DNA from: Prasinococcaceae sp. CCMP 1430
Taxonomy: Eukaryota > Plantae > Prasinodermophyta
Assembly: GCA_013416795.1 (NCBI GenBank)
Contig: RQSC01000854.1
Coordinates: 1 to 25,479, forward strand
Reading direction: 5' to 3'
Length of the DNA stretch: 25,479 nt
In this document: positions 1-6,248 of the stretch, one piece after another
Numbering within the stretch: position 1 is the first letter of the stretch
How the letters are laid out: each line of letters starts with the position of its first letter
Translations under genes and position numbers: made by a program
Notes under the pieces: model-generated
Seen by the model: the letters and a program-made list of their open reading frames with translations, nothing else
Told to the model about the DNA's origin: nothing
Databases searched by the model: none

Positions 1-67
1 CCCCCGGCGCCGCCGCGGCCAGCAGCAGGGCGGCCGCGGCCACGAGCTCGCAGCGCGCGCGCGCCAT
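1..67 (-). CDS. 5' end of a secreted or membrane protein (signal peptide), runs off the left edge
   Basis: Minus-strand ATG at 67 reads MARARCELVAAAALLLAAAAPG: a basic N-terminus followed by a hydrophobic h-region. It resembles the start of the TMX gene (MARARHVLLGALAVL). It is not in the ORF track because it is partial. Confidence 0.6.
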   Translation of the reverse strand, partial: MARARCELVAAAALLLAAAAPG

Positions 68-476
68 CTCGTCAGGCGGGAGGGGAGGAGAGGGCGACGC
101 GGTGAACGGACCGCGCGCGCCGCACGGTGTGCCACCTACGCGCGCGCGCGGCGCACACGCACGCCGCCAGCCACCCGCCACGCATCGCCGCGAGCGGATA
201 ATTTCAGCAGCGCTCTACGGAAGCGGAAGCGCCGCCGCCTCGCCCCAACCGCGCATTGATTGTGATGGGGCCGTCCCGCGAAGCGCGAGCGAAGTGCGCG
301 CCGAAACGCGCTCGAGCGGACGGGCGGATCAAAAAGGGTGCTCTCGAAAGAGCGTGGGGTCGGGTTCGGATTTCGATTTCGTCCGAACGCGAGGCCGATG
401 CGGTGATACCATGATGGTACGTACAGTACCATCTGATGGTAAACGGTACAGTACGTACGTTCGAACGTAGATCAAA

Positions 477-1232
477 TTGAAGCCTGATTGGGCGATGCAG
501 ACAGTGCTGTATGTCCGTAGGTCAAAGTGCATGCGAGCGCGCTCGCAGCGTTACGGCGTTTCTTTCGGCGGCGAGAGCGAAGGCGGGGGCGCCAGGAGTA
601 GCACTGGGTCGTGCGGCGGTGCGGGCGCGCGGGCCTGGGGGGCGCGCCGCGCTGCGGCGCGGCCGTCTGAAGGCGGCAGCGCGAACATACCCATCGGGAC
701 CGTTGGCATCCTCCTGTCCCCGACCACAACGGGGTGCCTCGTTGATCTGGTGCACACGACGAAGCTGTTCGCTCCCTGCGTCGAGATCAACGCATGGTTC
801 AAGCCCCTTTCCGCGTTTGACCCCGAGCGTTTCATCGTCACGTATGCGCTCGCGACCAACGGCGTCATCGCAGACCTGGACGCCGCCATGTTCAGCTCGG
901 GCAGGCTCGAAGTCACCGACGGCGCGAATCCGCCACAGCAAGGCGCGTGGACGCGAATCAAGTTTGTTACGGACCAGGCTGGCGCCGAAGGGAACACCGT
1001 CACTATGATCGCCAGTCAAGCTGGACAGTCAACGGTGTTTGACGCAATCACCGGAAGCAATACCTTTGGCTTCGCCACGGATGACATCGAGGTCTCGCTC
1101 GCCAGCTGCAGCGGCGCGCCTGCGCCGAGCTCTGCTGGTGAGGTCGGGGAGGGAGGGCCAGAAGATATCGAGCTGGACATCGACGAGACAGCCAACGGCG
1201 ACGCTGAGACGGCGGGCAGCGACGGCGTCTGA
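477..1232 (+). CDS. Hypothetical protein; true start uncertain (ATG at 495 or 531, or a spliced 5' end)
   Basis: The distal part (ANIPIGTVGILLSPTT...FKPLSAFDPERFIVTYALATNG...WTRIKFVTDQ...FDAITGSNTFGF) has globular beta-rich composition and ends in an acidic tail. A possible 5' intron runs from GTACGT at 417 to CGTAG at 520. No family recognised. Confidence 0.6.
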   Translation: MKPDWAMQTVLYVRRSKCMRARSQRYGVSFGGESEGGGARSSTGSCGGAGARAWGARRAAARPSEGGSANIPIGTVGILLSPTTTGCLVDLVHTTKLFAPCVEINAWFKPLSAFDPERFIVTYALATNGVIADLDAAMFSSGRLEVTDGANPPQQGAWTRIKFVTDQAGAEGNTVTMIASQAGQSTVFDAITGSNTFGFATDDIEVSLASCSGAPAPSSAGEVGEGGPEDIELDIDETANGDAETAGSDGV

Positions 1233-1391
1233 TTGAACGCACGTGCTGTGCCACCGCACGCGGATGCGAGAGCCGCGCAGCCGCGCCTGTGAGCCACGGG
1301 GAGCCACGCTCTTTTCCCTCAGTGTCCGGCAGGCTGCGCAGGGCCGTCAACGTGTTAATTGCTAACCACTATCGCCAACGTGAAAAGTAAA

Positions 1392-1392
1392 N
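1392..1392. other. Single-N assembly gap or ambiguity
   Basis: There is an N at 1392. AT-rich non-coding sequence lies to its left and RGG-coding sequence starts immediately to its right. Confidence 0.9.
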
Positions 1393-1393
1393 G

Positions 1394-1903
1394 CGCGGGC
1401 GTGGCGGCGGGCGCGGCGGCGGGCGCGGCGGGTACGGTGGCCGCGGCATGCCCGGAGCTTTCCCGGGCGGCGGGCCACAGATGGGTCGCAACGCCGGCCT
1501 GTTCATGGGGGGAAACATGCACGCAGGCGCGCGCCAGATGATCAATCAGAGCCTAGGCCAGGGCCAGCGGCAGAGCCAGGGCGGGGCAGGCGCGTCTTTC
1601 CCATCGCAGGGCGCAGCGTATGTGCCGCACGGCATGCCGGCGATGGCGCCACCGCCGACGCAGTACGGCCAGCAGTACGGCCAGCGCCAGCAGGTGCCGC
1701 AGATGCAGATGGGCTACGGCTTCCAGCAGCAGCACCGCCAGCACCAGCCACCGCCGCAGGTCCCCCAGCAGTGGGCTGGGCCTGGGTACGCCGGACAGCA
1801 GGGCGTCATGCCGCCCGGCATGATGCCGCCGCAGCAGTTCCCCCCGCAAGGCGGCTACCCACCGCAGGGCGGCCCTCCACAGGACCCGCGCCGGCGGTTC
1901 TGA
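1394..1903 (+). CDS. C-terminal fragment of an RGG-box plus Q/P/G-rich low-complexity (prion-like) protein, probably RNA-binding; N-terminus lost at the gap
   Basis: The frame upstream of ATG 1448 reads RGRGGGRGGGRGGYGGRG back to the N. It is followed by MPGAFPGGG...QYGQQYGQRQQ...PPQGGYPPQGGPPQDPRRRF*. Confidence 0.7.
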   Translation, partial: RGRGGGRGGGRGGYGGRGMPGAFPGGGPQMGRNAGLFMGGNMHAGARQMINQSLGQGQRQSQGGAGASFPSQGAAYVPHGMPAMAPPPTQYGQQYGQRQQVPQMQMGYGFQQQHRQHQPPPQVPQQWAGPGYAGQQGVMPPGMMPPQQFPPQGGYPPQGGPPQDPRRRF

Positions 1904-1961
1904 GGCGGTGCCGCGGCGACCGGACTGCGCGCTGGAGCTCGCAGCATCGGGACCCTCTCCA

Positions 1962-2005
1962 TCTCTCTCTCTCTAGAGCTAGAGCTAGAGCTAGAGCTAG
2001 ACTAG
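1962..2005. repeat. Compound microsatellite: (TC)n followed by four CTAGAG units plus one imperfect unit
   Basis: The sequence reads tctctctctctctagagctagagctagagctagagctagactag, between two convergent 3' ends. Confidence 0.9.
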
Positions 2006-2085
2006 CCGCAGATCTGATGCCGTGTGTACGACGTACAATAGCCATTAGTGACACCCCATCATGCTGTACAAGTATCTTTCGTTCT

Positions 2086-2090
2086 TTACA
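2086..2090 (-). promoter_or_regulatory. Candidate UGUAA polyadenylation signal of the SOUL gene
   Basis: TTACA on the plus strand (TGTAA on minus) lies about 34 nt past the stop at 2124. The same motif follows three other genes in the window. Confidence 0.5.
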
Positions 2091-2123
2091 ACAACAGTGC
2101 ACCCTCGGAGCCTTAGCGTCGCC

Positions 2124-2750
2124 TCACACGCTTGCGCTGGCGCACGCGCTTGGGCTGAGCGGCAGCAGGATCTCGTTGTGCCTGCCCGAGGGCGTGTACG
2201 GGTCATCGTACTGCGCGACGACGAACGCTGACGCATCGAATACCCACCCGCCGTCTTCCAGCTCCTGCGCGAGTGCAGCGCTCTCAGCGATGATGTTGGT
2301 GTCCTTGGCGTGGCCGCCGAACCCACGCACCGCCACGCACGAGAGCGCTGCGCCCGTGGGCTCGAGCGCCACCTGCGCGTCGGTCGGCTTCGGCGCGTCG
2401 CCTTGCAGTTTGGCGGGCACCGAGAATGCGACCTTGAAATGGCTCTTGCAGAAGGGCCCCGCGCCGGCCTCGATGCGCGTCCACACGGGCGCGGTCATAT
2501 CGATCTTCGTGCCGTCGGCGTTGGCGCCGCTGATGTAGCCGAAGAGGTGCTCGAAGCCCTCGTAGGTGGCCTCCTCGAACGCCTCGCCCAGCTTGTCGAC
2601 GCTGTAAGTCGCCCAGAGATGGTCGGCCGGGTACGCGCGCACGCCGAACCTGGTCGAGTTGGGCGCGCGCATGGTGCGCGAGGGCGGGCACTCGACCGCG
2701 GCGCACTCGGGCGGCTGCGGCTCGCCGCGGCCGGCGGCGGCGCTCGGCGG
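2124..2750 (-). CDS. SOUL/HBP heme-binding family protein; 5' end (start codon and signal peptide h-region) missing
   Basis: Motifs include VRAYP, FEHLFGYISGANADGTKIDMTAPV, VAVRGFGG and AQYDDPY...RHNEIL. The frame extends upstream of ATG 2672 as PPSAAAGRGEPQPPECAAVECPP, the typical C-x3-4-ECP N-terminal motif. No in-frame ATG precedes this segment. Confidence 0.85.
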   Translation of the reverse strand, partial: PPSAAAGRGEPQPPECAAVECPPSRTMRAPNSTRFGVRAYPADHLWATYSVDKLGEAFEEATYEGFEHLFGYISGANADGTKIDMTAPVWTRIEAGAGPFCKSHFKVAFSVPAKLQGDAPKPTDAQVALEPTGAALSCVAVRGFGGHAKDTNIIAESAALAQELEDGGWVFDASAFVVAQYDDPYTPSGRHNEILLPLSPSACASASV

Positions 2751-3106
2751 GACCGTCTCCGTACAACACCAGCCTTGAGGCCACGCCGCTCACCTGCTGA
2801 AGCTCGGCGAGGCCAACCGGCGCGTTCGCGCGCGCCTGTGCGCTCGCCGATTCTCGGCCGTTTGGCGCGGGTTCGTCCTGCTCGCCTCTCATTGCCGCTG
2901 CCCACTGCCTCGTGATCGCCTCAAGGTCCTGGTCACGCTGCGTCTTCCTCTCAGCCGCGCCGGACTGCTCACCGACGGCAGCCCGGTCCTCCTCGGTGAC
3001 GGGCACAAGGTCGAGCGTCTGCAGCCAGGGTACCTTCGCTACGATGGTGGATCTGTAGAGATCCTTCTGCGCAGCTACGACCGCGGGATTGCCTTCGAGT
3101 GCCAGC
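2750..3106 (-). CDS. LRRC49: Internal fragment of an LRRC49-like leucine-rich-repeat protein (LRRcap plus downstream region), truncated at both ends
   Basis: LALEGNP...YRSTIVAKVPWLQTLDLVPVTEEDR is an LRRcap motif. It is followed by LEAITRQW and GLAELQ...RLVLYGDG, in the same order as motifs recalled for animal LRRC49 (NNVARQW, TLSLYGSG). The fragment is bounded by the N at 3107 and the switch to SOUL near 2750. Confidence 0.65.
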
Positions 3107-3107
3107 N
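3107..3107. other. Single-N assembly gap or ambiguity
   Basis: The N at 3107 separates LRR-coding sequence from the GC-rich upstream region of the GT31 gene. Confidence 0.9.
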
Positions 3108-3289
3108 TGCGGCGCGGGCGGGCGCTTGCGCCCCAGCGCGTGCGTAGGAAGGGGGGGGGAGGGGACGTGCCAGAGCTGGAGCCGCGCGCGCGGCGGGCGG
3201 CGGTGCTGCCTGTAGGGCCGAGCGAGGCGGCGGCGCGCGCCGCTCGAGCGTGCTTGCGCTGAAGCGCGCGCAGGCGGGCGGTGGCGGCC

Positions 3290-4603
3290 ATGCCAAGTCC
3301 GATGGGACGGCGCAGACTCGCCGTCAGGGCGGGCGACAGACTGCTGATCGCCGCGGTGCTCGCTGCGGTGGTGGTGGCGTCGGCAGCAGGGGTGGCGAGT
3401 CCATCCGACAGCGGCGTGCGCGAGCTCGAGCGCGCGGATGACACGAGAGGGCGCGCCGCCGTTGCTGGTGAAGGAGGAGGGCCCCTCACGGACGCCTCTG
3501 GGGTGGAGGTGCTGATGCGCGGGGTGGTGAGCAGGGTGTCCAAGCACAAACAGCAGTCTGCAAACGACGGGGTTTCGCGGCGAAGCGCCCTCGGCGAATC
3601 TGTGGTCTGCATGCTGCCTGCCAATCGACATGAGACCAACCTAGGCGCGTGGTTCGCTGCGAACCACCGCTGCACGCGCGTGATCATTCTGATTGCCGAT
3701 CCGGGCGTCTCAGAGGGGGAGCTGCCAGCAAATGCTGAGGGCGAGCGCTGCGCTGCGGCGCAGCGGGCAGCAGAGCGGAGGAGGGCGGTGGGCGCTTCTG
3801 AGCTGCCAGATATTGAGTGCGCGACCGTCAATGTCGTTCTGCCCTCTGGACGCGCCGACTCCTCGCAGAATGTGTGGGAGAAGCTCATGGCGTCGTGGTT
3901 GTGGATGGCGCGCGCACACGCGTCGGGGCACCGCATGCTGCGCGGCTCGAGGTGGGTGCTTAAGCTCGACGTCGATGGCATCGCCCTTCCTGCCAACTTC
4001 GAAAGACTCGCGCGAGAGCAGGGGTGGGACGCAAACGCAACGACGCATCCGTGGTACGTCGGGCACACGCTGACATATCGCGTGCTGATGCAGAACGGGC
4101 CGCCATTCAATGTCGGGCAGTATGCCCTTAGCATCGGCGCCGTGCGCGCAGTAGCGCCTCACCTGCGGAAGGCCATCGCCGCGATGGACGCAATGTCGGT
4201 GAGGAATGACCCCGCGTTCCAGCAGTACAAAGAAGCAGAGGGGCTTGCTCTCATGGAGCCCAACAGCTACTGCGCAAACACGGGGGGGTCGCACGCCGAC
4301 GATTTCATCATTGCCGCCTGCCTGGGCCTCGCGGACATCCGGGCGACGCCTGCTGTCGACTCGCTCGGCCGCCACTACTTCCTGCCCTTCAACCCGCGTG
4401 CTCATCGCTGGCAACCGTACGCCGAGCACGACGCCACAAACCCCATGAAGTCATGGTTCTGGGAAGGCAAGACGCGTGCGCAGTCGGAGGAGGCGTGCTG
4501 CGCGCCGCGCGTGGTTGCAATCCACGGGTTCAAGGAGGAACGCTCGCTCCTCGAATGGGGCTTTGTGATCGACCTTGTCCAGACTTCGACTTCGTTCGAC
4601 TGA
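3290..4603 (+). CDS. Type II membrane glycosyltransferase, GT31 family (C1GALT1/fringe-like), about 437 aa
   Basis: An N-terminal TM segment (LLIAAVLAAVVVASAAGV) precedes WVLKLDVDG (DxD) and PWYVGH. Further motifs are HADDFIIAACL, DSLGRHYFLPFNP and CCAPRVVAIHG, which mirror the C1GALT1 pattern. Confidence 0.8.
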   Translation: MPSPMGRRRLAVRAGDRLLIAAVLAAVVVASAAGVASPSDSGVRELERADDTRGRAAVAGEGGGPLTDASGVEVLMRGVVSRVSKHKQQSANDGVSRRSALGESVVCMLPANRHETNLGAWFAANHRCTRVIILIADPGVSEGELPANAEGERCAAAQRAAERRRAVGASELPDIECATVNVVLPSGRADSSQNVWEKLMASWLWMARAHASGHRMLRGSRWVLKLDVDGIALPANFERLAREQGWDANATTHPWYVGHTLTYRVLMQNGPPFNVGQYALSIGAVRAVAPHLRKAIAAMDAMSVRNDPAFQQYKEAEGLALMEPNSYCANTGGSHADDFIIAACLGLADIRATPAVDSLGRHYFLPFNPRAHRWQPYAEHDATNPMKSWFWEGKTRAQSEEACCAPRVVAIHGFKEERSLLEWGFVIDLVQTSTSFD

Positions 4604-4781
4604 GGAGCGGTGCCGACCGTGGGGCAGTAGACGCTGACATGACAGTGTGATGACTCTCAGGCAAGCGCATCGTAGGATCGACAAACATGGCCGCAGTCCA
4701 TTTGCTCCGGCTCGGTCTTCATTAAAGGATGCTGTGACGCTGTGACGCTCGGGCGCGGTGGCGGCTTAGCACGCGCGGCGT

Positions 4782-5972
4782 CTATGGCAGCGCAAGCGAG
4801 CCAAGCATGGCTTCTCTTGAGGCGCCGGTCACCTCCTGGACGGCGCCCGGCTTGCCGTGCAACCACAGCCAGCCGAGCGCAGCAAAGCACGCCGCCTCGC
4901 GCGCGTCGGGAGGGATGCCGTCGCGCGCGCCGGCGCCCCTGCCCAGCGCTCGGACGGTCCACCGCTCGCCCATCTCCTCCTGCAGATACCGTAGCATCGC
5001 TGCATTATGAGCGCCGCCCCCAGCGACCAGCAGCTCGCGCGGCGCGGCGTCGCCAACGAGCCCAGCACGCCCGCACGCTCTCAACACCGCCTCGGCCGCC
5101 AGCCTGGCCGTCACCCGCGCCAGGGTCGCGCAGCCATCGGCGGCGCTCAGGCCGTCCACGTGGGCCGCGATGAGCGCCTCGCGCCGCGGAGGCCTGTAGT
5201 CCAGGCTCTCGCCCAGCGCCGACGGGCGGCACGCGTCCGCGAGCGCCACCGCGCGCGCCTCGTCGACGCTTCCCGCCAGCGCGAGCATCCCGCCCTCATC
5301 GAAGTCGACCCCGGCGGCTTGCCGGCACCAGTGATCGAGCAGGCAGTTGCCGGGGCCCGCATCCTCAGCCTCGGGCGCAGCGCCACGCTCAGCTGGCGGC
5401 AGCGCGGTCACGTTCGCCACGCCGCCGATGTTCAGTAGCGCGACCGCATCAAGTCGCCGCGAGAAGAGCAGCCTGTCAGCCGCAGGCACCAGGGGTGCGC
5501 CCTGCCCGCCCAATGCGATGTCGGCACTGCGCAGATTCCACAGCACCGGCAGGCCCAGCCTCGCTGCCAGCGCACCCCCATCGCCGATCTGTGCAGTCCA
5601 GCCCGCCGCCGGCGCGTGGCCGATGGTCTGTCCATGCGACACCACGAGGTCTACCTGACCCTCCAGCTCCTCGGCGGCCAGGAAGGCATGCACCGCGGTG
5701 GCCACGAAGCCGCTATATTCGAAGCTGAGCTCGAAGGCGTTGCGCGCGGACCCCTCCCCGGCGGCGGCGAGCCTCGCGCCAAGGCCGCCGTCGCCGCCGC
5801 GCAGCGGAGCGCTGCCGTGCGCGAGCAGCTCCCACGCGCCGCCAGCGGCGGCGGGCGCGAAGCGCAGCACGGCCACGTCCAATGCGTCGCACGAGGTGCC
5901 CGTCATGAGCCCTGCGACGGTGCACGGCTCGGAGCGCGGCCAGCGACAGAGCGATGCCAGCGAGGGCGCCAT
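4782..5972 (-). CDS. anmK: Anhydro-N-acetylmuramic acid kinase (AnmK / levoglucosan kinase family), about 396 aa, intronless
   Basis: The family motifs occur in order: GLMTGTSCDALD, SHGQT, AQIGDG, LRSADIALGGQGAPLVP, LNIGGVAN, DAGPGNCLLD, FDEGGMLA, VAGGGAHN, EAACFAALG. The first in-frame ATG is at 5972 and the stop TAG is at 4784-4782. Confidence 0.92.
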   Translation of the reverse strand: MAPSLASLCRWPRSEPCTVAGLMTGTSCDALDVAVLRFAPAAAGGAWELLAHGSAPLRGGDGGLGARLAAAGEGSARNAFELSFEYSGFVATAVHAFLAAEELEGQVDLVVSHGQTIGHAPAAGWTAQIGDGGALAARLGLPVLWNLRSADIALGGQGAPLVPAADRLLFSRRLDAVALLNIGGVANVTALPPAERGAAPEAEDAGPGNCLLDHWCRQAAGVDFDEGGMLALAGSVDEARAVALADACRPSALGESLDYRPPRREALIAAHVDGLSAADGCATLARVTARLAAEAVLRACGRAGLVGDAAPRELLVAGGGAHNAAMLRYLQEEMGERWTVRALGRGAGARDGIPPDAREAACFAALGWLWLHGKPGAVQEVTGASREAMLGSLALP

Positions 5973-6248
5973 GGAGAGCGCTGTCGCCAGAGACGACGCA
6001 CAGAGGTGGAGGGCTCTAGTCGCCCCACCCTGCGGCACTGCAGCCCTGCCACGGGCGCGTGCGGGCGAGCCCAGGCGCTCTCGCCATGCAGGGCGATGCG
6101 CGGCCTGCGGCCGCGCCGCGCTGCTGGCGGGGGCGCGCCCCGGCCAACGCAGCGCGCGCAGGCCAGGCAGCTGCCCCGCGCCACGGCCGCGGGCCACCGC
6201 AGCTGGTCGCCGAGCGAGTAGGCGGCGGCACCGGTGGCGCGGGGCGTG

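Noticed and set aside
1973-2005. CRISPR-like or telomeric repeat
   Set aside because: It is a contiguous hexamer microsatellite with no spacers, no cas genes, and no match to known telomere units.
2715-2793. 79-nt intron creating an LRR-SOUL fusion protein
   Set aside because: It is not listed as a feature because there is no CTRAC branch point and the interval encodes conserved LRRC49-like residues (LVLYGDG). It is kept only as an alternative hypothesis in the findings.
4782-5972. Bacterial contaminant contig as the source of anmK
   Set aside because: There is no N gap between anmK and the intron-containing genes downstream, the base composition is similar, and no operon neighbours such as murQ are present. 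Read-level confirmation is still needed.
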